IMG/VR virus record: IMGVR_UViG_3300027963_000048
Location: 32,001-96,000 of that record
From: a virus
DNA length: 64,000 nt
Direction: 5' to 3' (one strand)
Part shown: positions 39,624 through 49,191 of the stretch, one piece after another
How positions within the stretch are numbered: position 1 is the stretch's first letter
Layout: every line of letters starts with the position of its first letter
Position numbers and translations under genes: made by a program
Notes under the pieces: generated by a model
Told to the model about the DNA's origin: nothing
Database searches by the model: none
What the model saw: only the letters and a program-made list of their open reading frames with translations

Positions 39624-40946
39624 ATGGCTACGATAGCGACGATTAAAGAAGCTGTGACCCTGTGTGCCAAGGCGAAAATAACCGCCTTCATTTGGGGAGA
39701 TAGAGGACTCGGAAAGTCGAGCCTTGTTAAGCAAATGTGTGAAACTGGCAAAATGGGCTTTATCGATTTTAGAGCTTCGCAAATCGAAGCAAGTGATCTC
39801 CGAGGACTACCGGACAAAGAAGACGGTAGAACGGTATACCGGCCGCCAGCAGACCTGCCCACAGGCGATCTCGACGAAGAACAATTCCAATTGCTAGTAA
39901 CTACCACCAGCCACGACATGATTACTAAACGCATCGAAGCGTTTCCCGAAGGCACCAAAATTAGCGACGAACAATTGGCAGATATGCAAGCATTCGAACG
40001 ACAAGCAGCGACAGATAGACTAGCATATCGACGTAATAAAGGCATTCTCTTCCTAGACGAAGTAAACCGAGCACAAGACGACGTAACCCAAGCTATATTT
40101 CAATTAGTCCTAGACCGTAGGATCGGCCAGTATATCTTACCGGATGGTTGGAGTATCGTCTGCGCAGGTAACTTCATGGAAGGTTATCAAGTGTCGGGAT
40201 TCAGCGACCCAGCTTTCGTCAATCGCTTCTGCCACTTAATATTATCAGGAGGTCAAAGTACCTACGACGAATGGATCGAATTTATGATGTCAAAGTACGG
40301 ATCAAGCTGCCAATCTATCGTCGACTTCACGGCAAATGACATCAAATACCTAGATGGCGACCTTGGAGCAAAAGATCTGGGTTTCAGCATCCAGCCAAGT
40401 CGTAGAACTTGGGAGATGGTCCAAAAAATCGAACTGGTCTGCTCCAAAGAAACGTACACCGATGTTACCAAGCTGGAAGTTATATCTGGTCTTATAGGTA
40501 GAGAAATAGCAATATCGTACACCAGATACAATTGCCCACTAAAGCCGACGCAACTGCTGAAAGACGGCATTAAAGCTCACGCCAAGACCCTATCGTCGCT
40601 AACTCGAAACCAAAGCGTCGGGCTCATGTGGGGTCTAAGCAACGCCGCAAAGGACGACATCGATAAAAAAGCAACCGCCACAATATGCCTCGACTACGCC
40701 GAGCATCTGTTAAAGAACGCCAAAGACCAAGACCTAGTGGTAGCGTTCCTCAGATCTTGCGTCAGGTCAAGCAACAACAACGGAGATAGCAAAAGCAATC
40801 TAGCTACCGCCGCACTCACCAACATAAAACTAGCCAAAATGTTCGCAGAAGCCACCAAAACCAAGCCCACATTCCTGAATCATTTACACGACAGACCAGA
40901 ACTGCAAAAAATGGTGTCGGAAGCCGCATGGGGCTCTGCCAACTAG
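39624..40946 (+). CDS. MoxR/AAA_5-type ATPase
   Basis: WGDRGLGKS, DLRGLP, LFLDEVNRA, QLVLDRRIG, AGN, DPA..NRF, PSRRTW; AAGGAG RBS. Confidence 0.88.
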   Translation: MATIATIKEAVTLCAKAKITAFIWGDRGLGKSSLVKQMCETGKMGFIDFRASQIEASDLRGLPDKEDGRTVYRPPADLPTGDLDEEQFQLLVTTTSHDMITKRIEAFPEGTKISDEQLADMQAFERQAATDRLAYRRNKGILFLDEVNRAQDDVTQAIFQLVLDRRIGQYILPDGWSIVCAGNFMEGYQVSGFSDPAFVNRFCHLILSGGQSTYDEWIEFMMSKYGSSCQSIVDFTANDIKYLDGDLGAKDLGFSIQPSRRTWEMVQKIELVCSKETYTDVTKLEVISGLIGREIAISYTRYNCPLKPTQLLKDGIKAHAKTLSSLTRNQSVGLMWGLSNAAKDDIDKKATATICLDYAEHLLKNAKDQDLVVAFLRSCVRSSNNNGDSKSNLATAALTNIKLAKMFAEATKTKPTFLNHLHDRPELQKMVSEAAWGSAN

Positions 40947-41046
40947 AGCTAAAGAACCAAACGTATCAGGAGGATACAATGGTATTTTGGACAGTGCTAG
41001 CAATCTGCATCTTACAAGACATACTTACTAACAAGGACGTTACACA

Positions 41047-41394
41047 ATGAAAGAGACAATATTCATAGCTAGAGCAGTCACCTGCGCTACAATCATCACG
41101 GTAAACTACATAGACCACATCGATAAAACGATGAGCACCTACCTAGCCATCCAAGAACTAAACGCAGCCTGGATGGCAATGGAATGGCTACAAGCAACAC
41201 TCAAAAGCGGCCAAAAAGACGTAGTTAGCGACACCATAATCCCCGGTATCGCAACGCTACTTACCTTTGTAAAAAACACAAGTATCCTACTCATCCTCCT
41301 CACCACAGGATGCATAAAAACCCTTGAAATCCAAGGAAACGGCACCCCAACCCACATTAACGCTAACGCAAGCATTACCGCCCTCACATGGTAA
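41047..41394 (+). CDS. Hypothetical protein
   Basis: 115 aa ORF in the operon. Confidence 0.45.
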   Translation: MKETIFIARAVTCATIITVNYIDHIDKTMSTYLAIQELNAAWMAMEWLQATLKSGQKDVVSDTIIPGIATLLTFVKNTSILLILLTTGCIKTLEIQGNGTPTHINANASITALTW

Positions 41395-41412
41395 TAAACA
41401 AAGGAGCACAAC

Positions 41413-42618
41413 ATGCAAGCACACGAAAAATTGATGAACGCCCGATGCCGCCTCATCACCAGAGAACCCTTCTACGGCTCATTCGCCATGGGACTCACAT
41501 ACCAACCATACGACTTCCCCAACATGCAAGAGGAAGCTAAAACCATAGCAGTACGCATGATGTCCACCGGCAACATCGACATCGTATACTATCCCAATTT
41601 CATAGACAACCTAACCATAGAAGAATGCTACGGAGTCATAATGCACGAAATCGAACACGTCATACGACTCCACTGCCTCAGAGGATCCACCCTACATCAA
41701 ATGCAATACAATATCGCCGCCGACATGACAGTAAACGGCGTAAAAAGAAACCCACGAGTCGGCTACCCAACAACCAGCCTAGGATCAGGAGAATATGGCG
41801 GACGAACCCTCCCACACGAAGACAAACTCGTATGGATCCCCCTAGGATGGCCAGAAGACGCAAGCGCAGAAGAATACTACAAACGACTCACCAACCAAGC
41901 ACAAGACTGCAAAAAACACGGCAAAAACAAAGACCAACACCCAAAATGCACATGCACCCAAGGCCAAACACTAGACAACCACGACATCTGGCAACAAAGC
42001 GACATAAGCGAAGACGAAGCCAGACAAATAATCAAAGAAATGACAAACCAAGCTATCACCAGAAACCAAGGCAAATACCCAAGCCACCTCACAGAAGCAA
42101 TAAAAGAACTATCCACACCAAAAATACGATGGCGCGAACTCCTACGCCGCTACATAGGCCAACACCTAGGCAACAAACGATACACCCACAGCCGCCGCAA
42201 CAGACGAACCGACCAATTCGGCATCAAAGGCACAAGCCACCACGCAGCCGCCACAGTCAACATCATCATCGACACAAGCGGAAGCATAAACCAAAAAGAC
42301 CTAGCCACATTCTTCGCCGAAATCGACACAATATCAAGCAAAACCAAAACACACATCCTACAATGGGACATGCAATACCAGGGCTACACCCAATACCGAA
42401 GAGGAGACTGGAAAAAAATAAACATCAACGGCAGAGGAGGAACCGACATGGCAACACCATACGAATGGCTCGAAAACAACAACCTCATCGCAGACCTACA
42501 AATACTCCTAACAGACGGACACACCAACTGGGCCCCACCCAAACCATACCCATCAATAGTCATCATCACCACAAACCAAAAAGGACCAACATGGGGACAC
42601 AACATCCACATCAACTAA
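41413..42618 (+). CDS. DUF2201-type metallopeptidase + vWA-like domain protein
   Basis: HEIEH zincin motif, NIAAD..VN, WRELLR, IDTSGSI MIDAS-like motif, GRGGTD, LTDG. Confidence 0.88.
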   Translation: MQAHEKLMNARCRLITREPFYGSFAMGLTYQPYDFPNMQEEAKTIAVRMMSTGNIDIVYYPNFIDNLTIEECYGVIMHEIEHVIRLHCLRGSTLHQMQYNIAADMTVNGVKRNPRVGYPTTSLGSGEYGGRTLPHEDKLVWIPLGWPEDASAEEYYKRLTNQAQDCKKHGKNKDQHPKCTCTQGQTLDNHDIWQQSDISEDEARQIIKEMTNQAITRNQGKYPSHLTEAIKELSTPKIRWRELLRRYIGQHLGNKRYTHSRRNRRTDQFGIKGTSHHAAATVNIIIDTSGSINQKDLATFFAEIDTISSKTKTHILQWDMQYQGYTQYRRGDWKKININGRGGTDMATPYEWLENNNLIADLQILLTDGHTNWAPPKPYPSIVIITTNQKGPTWGHNIHIN

Positions 42619-42620
42619 CA

Positions 42621-42857
42621 ATGCACACACCAACAATAAACTACATCACCCAAATCCTCCAACAATACAGAGGAACCAAACCATACGTCTACTACTTCAC
42701 ACAACACACCACAAAATCCCACTTCACCCTAACCATTAAAACACCAACCCACACACAAAAGATCAACGGCAACCAACTGCCAATAGAAAACCACCAACAA
42801 ACAGAACAAATGATACAACAACTCATAGACCACCCGATAAATAACCACACAACCTAG
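42621..42857 (+). CDS. Hypothetical protein
   Basis: ATG right after the vWA stop; the real part of the 41625 shadow ORF. Confidence 0.4.
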   Translation: MHTPTINYITQILQQYRGTKPYVYYFTQHTTKSHFTLTIKTPTHTQKINGNQLPIENHQQTEQMIQQLIDHPINNHTT

Positions 42858-43090
42858 GAGCATAAGAATGACTAAACCCAATAGTGATGAAATCGCTAAA
42901 ATTCTGATTTCAATGACCATTACAGCACCGATTGCATTGATTATAATCATCAATCTCTGGAAACTGGCATATCTTAGCCTTATGTGGTAAGCAGATGACT
43001 GAGATTAAGCTAGACAAACACGAATGGTGGCTATGATATGCTGCAAAAAATGCGGAATGATCAAAGGTACCATGCAAAGGCAATGTTAAA

Positions 43091-43438
43091 ATGACCACTA
43101 AAGAGATATACGATACCTATCTAGCACCAATACTACACGAAATCCTACATCCAGAATATACCCATGAATATCACATCGATGATTTAGATCAATTCGAATA
43201 TGTATCACTAACGCTTAAATCCAATTCAAACATCCCCATAGGCTTCATAGAACTATCAAAAATAGACATCACGACAGATCACACGGTTTTACCCAGTCTA
43301 ATTAAAAATCTAGCTATCTTCAACCATCGGCCTGCTGTTTTCAGCTCAATCGACATCAGAACAGCACTCACCCACAAATTCCACACTTATCAACGAAGCT
43401 CATACCTGTCACAACAAAAACACAAAGGTACCAAATAA
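43091..43438 (+). CDS. Hypothetical protein
   Basis: 115 aa ORF. Confidence 0.45.
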   Translation: MTTKEIYDTYLAPILHEILHPEYTHEYHIDDLDQFEYVSLTLKSNSNIPIGFIELSKIDITTDHTVLPSLIKNLAIFNHRPAVFSSIDIRTALTHKFHTYQRSSYLSQQKHKGTK

Positions 43439-43626
43439 CAAAAAAATGGACAAAACCAACCACCACAAAGGATCCCCAACAATCAACGGAAAGAACGACC
43501 ACAACCAACCAGATACAATAAACAAAAGGAAAACCAAATAAACACAATAAAAACATAGCACTACCAACTCACCTCATCATAAATAATCAAACAACTAACC
43601 CACCCGACCACCAAAAAGGAAGACAT

Positions 43627-43758
43627 ATGACCACAACAAAGAAAAAAACAGACTGCGCAGAATACCAAATCAAACAAGGCATAAGCTGCAAAAACTGCCC
43701 CACATGCCACCAAGAAGCATACCAACTTATAGAAAAGCTACAAGCAACGACACAATAA
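43627..43758 (+). CDS. Small Cys-rich protein (not in ORF track)
   Basis: AAGGA RBS; C..CKNCPTC. Confidence 0.35.
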   Translation: MTTTKKKTDCAEYQIKQGISCKNCPTCHQEAYQLIEKLQATTQ

Positions 43759-43835
43759 CAGACCACGAAAAAGAAATCGAAAGACTACAATACGACCTCT
43801 AATACAATAAGCTAAACTAAGCAAAGGAACTAAAA

Positions 43836-44114
43836 ATGAACATAAAAAACCAAGACACCAAAAAAGACCAAAAAACCCCAATCATAAAAACATACTACCT
43901 AGACAACCGGCAAGACATACTCGAAATCGCATTTGACGAAAAAACCGTAGCAATCGCAAATCCCGAAGGAATATGGGTAACAGATTCAGCCCAAAACATC
44001 AGAAAAATCTCAGCACTCCTCACCAAATACGCAGATATGATAGAAACAAAACCCAAAGACCCGGAAGCCAACATACTACCACCAAGAGACTGCACCAGCT
44101 ACATAGGATGGTAA
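43836..44114 (+). CDS. Hypothetical protein
   Basis: AAGGA RBS; last gene before the skew flip. Confidence 0.5.
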   Translation: MNIKNQDTKKDQKTPIIKTYYLDNRQDILEIAFDEKTVAIANPEGIWVTDSAQNIRKISALLTKYADMIETKPKDPEANILPPRDCTSYIGW

Positions 44115-44392
44115 TGCGAGAAAAAAAGGAAAAATTAAAAAAGTTAGCGGGAACGGGAGAAGGAACTCAGTGGCCATCTCATCGCCTCGGTGAAATCAGA
44201 AGAAAATGAAGTGAGGAAAAAGAATAACACAAAAATGTTCGTTTATAGCCCGTTAATTCTCAGAACATTCGACTCTTATAAGTGCAGCCCGATAATATTC
44301 TATAAACCCCGTCGTATAGAATAATAATCCATCCCTTTGGAGGCTGCGAAAATACATGACAGGTATCTTATTTTTAATCGTCGATAGTTCCG
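44115..44392. other. Strand-skew switch region: candidate replication origin or genome terminus
   Basis: Plus strand is A+C-rich to the left and G+T-rich to the right; AT-rich and non-coding. Confidence 0.5.
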
Positions 44393-44713
44393 ATGAGTAG
44401 TTTAATTTTCGTCGGGGAGTACCTCAGGTCACTCCTGGAGAGTCGGGTGGCTCATCTTACTTTTCACATCCATGGCGTCTATAGCCCCCTACCTAGGATG
44501 GTATGTGTCTCTTTAATTGATCCGCTGTGTCGGGTCGATTATTCAGATGATGCGTCACATGTGTTGATTGTTTTGTTTTTTGATTGGGTGAAGTTCCATT
44601 CGAGTTCAATTTCGTGTGCGCTATGTGAGATTGATTTTTCTAGTGATGACAGTGTGGTTGATTCTGTTTTACGTTTTGGTGTGTTTCATTCGGTGCCGAG
44701 GGGAGTAGGCTAA
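44393..44713 (+). CDS. Hypothetical protein
   Basis: 106 aa ORF. Confidence 0.35.
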   Translation: MSSLIFVGEYLRSLLESRVAHLTFHIHGVYSPLPRMVCVSLIDPLCRVDYSDDASHVLIVLFFDWVKFHSSSISCALCEIDFSSDDSVVDSVLRFGVFHSVPRGVG

Positions 44714-44846
44714 TCTGGGGGCGGTGTCGGTAGATGTATCTATTGCCTATTTGGTCGCGGGTCCAGTCGCCGTTTGGGTCTTCTATCCAGAAGGGGCTGT
44801 TGATGTCGGTGTTTGGGTTGATTGTATATCGCATTTTATTGGGCCA

Positions 44847-44886
44847 CTGGGGAACTTCTGCTTGACACCATTCGCCTTCGGCAGTT
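44847..44886. repeat. 40-bp dispersed direct repeat, copy 1
   Basis: CTGGGGAACTTCTGCTTGACACCATTCGCCTTCGGCAGTT, identical at 47239-47278. Confidence 0.9.
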
Positions 44887-44974
44887 GTTTATGGGATGAC
44901 AGGAAATGGTGAAAACATCCCTCCCTACCCCAGTGGTTATTTTATTTATGTGGTTATGCGGGGCCGGGTTTGCC

Positions 44975-45300
44975 GTGGTGTTTTTCCAGCCAGCATTTGG
45001 TTTGCTCTTGTCTCTGTGTTTCCTTTGTGGAACGGAGGTCGTAACTGATGTGAAGTTGGTTTGGTTTGGTTTGGTTTGGTTTGGTTTGGTTTGGTTTGGT
45101 TAGGTTGGATGGTATATTTACCGATTGCGGATTTATGCTGTGGTGTTTTTCCAGCCAGCATTTGGTTTGCTCTTGTCTCTGTGTTTCCTTTGTGGAACGG
45201 AGGTCGTAACTGATGTGAAGTTGGTTTGGTTTGGTTTGGTTTGGTTTGGTTTGGTTTGGTTAGGTTGGATGGTATATTTACCGATTGCGGATTTATGCTG
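44975..45300. repeat. Tandem duplication (~165 + ~160 bp) containing (TTGGT)9 and (TTGGT)8
   Basis: Copies start at 44975 and 45140 and are identical except for one pentamer. Confidence 0.9.
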
Positions 45301-45342
45301 TCACATAGTAAAGTTACTGCTTAATTTTTAAGGAGTTTGGTT

Positions 45343-45465
45343 ATGGCAGTTGATCCTAGATATATCGCAAAGTTGATTAGTGAAGATCCGAATGGTCCTT
45401 CTGATTTGGCTGAGATGAGAGTGCTGGCGAGTGGTACATGTGTTAGTATAAGTGATTTTAATTAA
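45343..45465 (+). CDS. Short ORF or truncated gene (MAVDPRYIAKLISEDP...)
   Basis: AAGGAG RBS; only 40 aa. Confidence 0.35.
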   Translation: MAVDPRYIAKLISEDPNGPSDLAEMRVLASGTCVSISDFN

Positions 45466-45666
45466 TTTGTTTGGTCAAATCTATCATTCTATAATAGATT
45501 TGACTGGAATAGTGTTCTATTTATCTATGGCTTGTCGGGTTGTTTGTTCTGTGGATATGTCGATTTTGATCAGTTCGTGGGTGATTGGGTTGGTGTCGAA
45601 CGGTTCAGGGTCTGCTTGTGGACTTTATACACTTCAGCTAAATCTTCAATTGCATTTACCATGTCC

Positions 45667-45882
45667 TCATGTACTGAAAATTATATAGATCATCTCCTTA
45701 ACGAATTTTTTATGTTTGGCAATGGCTTCTTCCAATTGCTTTATTCGTAGCCTAGATGCCTTTAATTCGATTTCGTCTTTTGGCACATTACACCACTGAC
45801 ATATTTTGTGCGCATTAAACAAATGCTTATGAGCACGTATGCATGGAACAATATTAAGATCCATTTTTTTACTCATGCTCAT
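45667..45882 (-). CDS. Hypothetical protein
   Basis: CxxC motif; coupled to the upstream gene. Confidence 0.45.
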   Translation of the reverse strand: MSMSKKMDLNIVPCIRAHKHLFNAHKICQWCNVPKDEIELKASRLRIKQLEEAIAKHKKFVKEMIYIIFST

Positions 45883-46292
45883 TCCTTTTCCTCCACATAG
45901 ATTTTACCACCAGCACTACGGATCAACCTCTTGAATTCCGTGATGGTTACACCAGCGTGAATGACTACTTTGGGATCACTAGAATACTTTGCCGTTGCCA
46001 ACCATGGTACATACTTAGCGTTGATATCTTCAACACAGTATGATGAATTACCGTAATGATATTCCTCTGGGGTTACCAAGTCAGTTTTAAATATGACTTG
46101 ACTTATCTCCCATTTAGGTGTTCCATCTTCATTCCAATCTTCCGGAATAGAACGAAAAGGGCTGTAGGGTCTCCCAGCATTATGCTCATACGGAGCATCA
46201 TTCCAGTCGTCACCTGTCTGCTTACTCAATTCTTGCGTAGTAAAATACGCTGTGTTGTCTTTAATAAAACACAATACTGGTTCATTCATCAT
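45879..46292 (-). CDS. Conserved phage hypothetical protein
   Basis: AYFTT....Q.GDDWNDAPYEHNAG.PY, EDIN...VPWL. Confidence 0.65.
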   Translation of the reverse strand: MMNEPVLCFIKDNTAYFTTQELSKQTGDDWNDAPYEHNAGRPYSPFRSIPEDWNEDGTPKWEISQVIFKTDLVTPEEYHYGNSSYCVEDINAKYVPWLATAKYSSDPKVVIHAGVTITEFKRLIRSAGGKIYVEEKE

Positions 46293-46564
46293 TCACCTCG
46301 TATTTCCGGCTTTAGCGTATATGAGTATTGCTTCGTCGTGCTTTGCGGACCGCCAGTTTCAATGACCAATCCAGCGGCCACCATCTCGTCGCAGGCATCG
46401 GCGACGTCTTGTGAATACGGTCCGAAGCGATGGAGCATGTAGTGGCACCCTAAATCACAACCTGCTTGCTGAAGGAAGAAAACGACTTTTTGCAGGCGCT
46501 TGCGCCCAGAAAATCCTTGTTCCCCGGTCCAAGAAAGTAGTGTGGCCAATTGGTGTCTGTTCAT
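46289..46564 (-). CDS. YwgA/antitoxin-like winged-helix protein, probably truncated
   Basis: GRKRLQKVVFFLQ...Y.LHRFGPYS.DV. Confidence 0.6.
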   Translation of the reverse strand: MNRHQLATLLSWTGEQGFSGRKRLQKVVFFLQQAGCDLGCHYMLHRFGPYSQDVADACDEMVAAGLVIETGGPQSTTKQYSYTLKPEIRGE

Positions 46565-46711
46565 GCCATCACCCCAGTTCTGATGAGGGCTATGAGTATT
46601 GCGCTGTAGCAGAAGATGAGCATTGTTGGGGTCCTTTCAGTTTTGGTCGTCGTTCTTCTAGTTCGTCCATGGTTTGGTAAGTGTTTCCTAGGTGGAACGC
46701 AGGGTTATTGC

Positions 46712-46951
46712 TTACGGGGTTTGGGGGTACGCTGCTGGCGGTAAAACCTTAAAGGAAGACTCGCCGCAATCCATTGGAGGCTCAATCTCATTCGCTAACT
46801 CGACCAATGCTCTACCAATCTTCCTAGCTTCTTGTGCAGAAAAATACATGGTAAATCGGCGTTCACAGGGTTCGATTATGATGATTTCGGCATATGCTTC
46901 AACACGATCTGTGCAGAGTGTAGTATCCCATTTATCCTTGAAAGTCTGCAT
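46712..46951 (-). CDS. Hypothetical protein
   Basis: 79 aa ORF. Confidence 0.45.
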   Translation of the reverse strand: MQTFKDKWDTTLCTDRVEAYAEIIIIEPCERRFTMYFSAQEARKIGRALVELANEIEPPMDCGESSFKVLPPAAYPQTP

Positions 46952-46987
46952 TTCTTTGGACTCCAGTCTAGTTTCCCTGTTTGGCTA

Positions 46988-47215
46988 TTATCTCGAAGTT
47001 GTTCTGGTCCATGTGGGTCGTTTCATGTTGTATAAGGGTGATCCTTTTACGAATCTTCGGTGCCATTCTAGGCTGTTTTCTATGGCTTCTTTGATTTTTA
47101 GGATGGTTTTTGGGTTTGTTGGTAGGGTGTTGTTGGTTTCATAAGTGTCCTTTAGGATATCTAGGAGTTGTGTGGTTTGGGTTTCGTTTAGTTTGATGGT
47201 GATTTTGTTGGCCAT
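46988..47215 (-). CDS. Hypothetical protein
   Basis: Likely start ATG 47215, just downstream of the 40-bp repeat. Confidence 0.45.
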   Translation of the reverse strand: MANKITIKLNETQTTQLLDILKDTYETNNTLPTNPKTILKIKEAIENSLEWHRRFVKGSPLYNMKRPTWTRTTSR

Positions 47216-47238
47216 TGTGGTTCTTTTAGTATCGGTGT

Positions 47239-47278
47239 CTGGGGAACTTCTGCTTGACACCATTCGCCTTCGGCAGTT
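47239..47278. repeat. 40-bp dispersed direct repeat, copy 2
   Basis: Identical to 44847-44886. Confidence 0.9.
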
Positions 47279-47289
47279 AAGTTTGATTT

Positions 47290-48027
47290 TCAATATCGAT
47301 GCCTGCCGGTTTGCACTCGGGTTTTGGCCATCCAGGTGGTGTTGTTGTTAACTTGGTGGCCGTAGGTGAGTTTGCCTTGCATTTGTTTAAATACTAGACC
47401 TTCTATGAGTGGTTGTTGATATGGTTTGTTTAGGGTGAGGATTTGATCCCAGGTTTGTTGCCATTTTTTTGGTGGGATGAGATCTGGTATGATGATGTTG
47501 TCTGTAGCTTTGGTGCCTAGGTTGAACACGCCAGCGGAGTTTTTGAATTCGTATGTTTCCTCTGTGGAACATGTGTTGCGTAGGAGGTCGTATCTTTCTT
47601 GATATGTGGTGTCTATGAGGTGGTTTCCATTTAACACTAGGATATCCCAGATGGCGAAGTGATCTTTGATAGCTTTGTGTTTGCAATCTATGACACCTCC
47701 GTCAATTAGCGTCCATGAGTCGGGATCTATAGCTAGGCGTTCGCGAAGTTCGTGAAATTGTGGCTCTAGCCATTCTGGTAGGTTGTAGTCTTTTAGACGT
47801 TCGCCATGTCTGCTCCAAAGTTGCAGTTGGTTATTTGGTAGTAGTTTGTATAGGGTTCTGGTGTCGTTGTATTTTAATTGAGCCTGATAACCTAGAGTGG
47901 CATATAGGTTCATATCTTCTGGTGGGATGGCTTCCTTAGCGCGTGGCGGGAAGATGTATTTGCTCTGTTGTGCGATCATAGGTCGCCCTCCCTTTTTAAT
48001 ATATTCCAATTGAGTATTCATTGCCAT
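47290..48027 (-). CDS. ATP-dependent ligase-type nucleotidyltransferase (adenylation domain only)
   Basis: Motif I AQLKYNDTR, WSRHG, LIDGG (III), IWDIL (IIIa), EGLVFK (IV), WMAK (V); AAGGAG RBS. Confidence 0.7.
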   Translation of the reverse strand: MAMNTQLEYIKKGGRPMIAQQSKYIFPPRAKEAIPPEDMNLYATLGYQAQLKYNDTRTLYKLLPNNQLQLWSRHGERLKDYNLPEWLEPQFHELRERLAIDPDSWTLIDGGVIDCKHKAIKDHFAIWDILVLNGNHLIDTTYQERYDLLRNTCSTEETYEFKNSAGVFNLGTKATDNIIIPDLIPPKKWQQTWDQILTLNKPYQQPLIEGLVFKQMQGKLTYGHQVNNNTTWMAKTRVQTGRHRY

Positions 48028-48070
48028 GGATTCTCCTTCAAATGATAAAATATACGATGGGGAAGTGATC

Positions 48071-48292
48071 ATGTCACCCTTGAATACTATTGTCAGTTAT
48101 AATCCTAGAATAACATGTGGCAAATACCTGGTTGAGGGAGAATTGGATGACTGGTACAGTGATGATGAGATAGCTGGTCAATTGGCTGGCAACCTGTGTG
48201 TTGGTGATGTGGTGAATGTTCAAGGTGGAGCTGTTAAAATTATTCAAATTATTGACCATAAGAGTGGTGTCCGTCGACAATTTATCGAATGA
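48071..48292 (+). CDS. Hypothetical protein
   Basis: AAATATA motif and purine-rich RBS upstream. Confidence 0.4.
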   Translation: MSPLNTIVSYNPRITCGKYLVEGELDDWYSDDEIAGQLAGNLCVGDVVNVQGGAVKIIQIIDHKSGVRRQFIE

Positions 48293-48327
48293 TGTATTAA
48301 ATTAAGAACAAAATTATCTGACGGTTC

Positions 48328-48564
48328 ATGGAGGGATCTATGAGGAAGAATCGCGCTTCTGTCGAATTCGCTTTGCACTATGCAATCTATCGTTTGAATT
48401 ATCATCATGAATCCGGAATGGCAGAAAAGGTGGATAACTTGTTGCGTGAGCTGGCATCCATTGACGCTGATGAGGCCGGCGAGTTCGTGACACGTGATAG
48501 ATTGGAAACTACAAGACAAACTGCTTTGACTATTGTAGAATATGCCAATGGATCGCTTGTGTAG
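48328..48564 (+). CDS. Hypothetical protein
   Basis: GGAGG before ATG 48340. Confidence 0.45.
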   Translation: MEGSMRKNRASVEFALHYAIYRLNYHHESGMAEKVDNLLRELASIDADEAGEFVTRDRLETTRQTALTIVEYANGSLV

Positions 48565-48602
48565 TTAATCTCGTATGTTTCCTCGGTGGAACCATGCGAG
48601 AT

Positions 48603-49151
48603 TTAGTCTAAGTTGTCAAACCAGGACATATCTGGCTCTTCGGATTCTAAATTAAAGTCTGTACCTATAGCTTTTTTCAATGCCATGAGGTCATCTGTGG
48701 CTATTTTCTCGTGATGATCAACGATAGCTTTCACCTTGCCTTTGCGGTTTAATTCTCTTAGACTGTAAGCATTGATTACAGCATCAAGGGTGTGCGGTGG
48801 TGGTGAGTTGTCGCCATGTAGGATGGTGTAGACTCCGTCAGCTGTAAGGCCTACGCGGCCTCGCGGTAGAGCGGTATGTGACATTCCTAGATTTCGTAAG
48901 TTGGTTTTTGGTATTTTCAAATTATATGCTAGGGTTTCTAGTGCTTCAGGCCATATACTGAGGTGCGTAATGTCATCATTGCTATCTTTCTCAAACCATG
49001 GGTAAATGTCCCAATCTATTTGGATACCGTTTTTGGTTTTTTTAACCTCTTTAGGTATCCAATAATATGGTCCTTGTTTTGGTGCGCGACTTTCTTCGAT
49101 AGCCTTTTTTTGGGCTAGTAATGAACTTTTAAGCATGTCATCAATTTTCAT
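48603..49151 (-). CDS. Hypothetical protein
   Basis: AAGGAG RBS; GPYYW, H...W, LPRGRV, DHHE. Confidence 0.6.
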   Translation of the reverse strand: MKIDDMLKSSLLAQKKAIEESRAPKQGPYYWIPKEVKKTKNGIQIDWDIYPWFEKDSNDDITHLSIWPEALETLAYNLKIPKTNLRNLGMSHTALPRGRVGLTADGVYTILHGDNSPPPHTLDAVINAYSLRELNRKGKVKAIVDHHEKIATDDLMALKKAIGTDFNLESEEPDMSWFDNLD

Positions 49152-49191
49152 TGTTATCTCCTTTACATGTATTTTCGATGGTAAATGATCG

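Noticed and set aside
41625-42620. 410-aa R/Q/T/P-rich ORF overlapping the vWA gene
   Set aside because: Shadow frame kept open by extreme T depletion; only the part from ATG 42621 is plausible
44906-45331. ORFs with VWFGL / NQTKP repeats
   Set aside because: Translations of the TTGGT microsatellite with no convincing RBS
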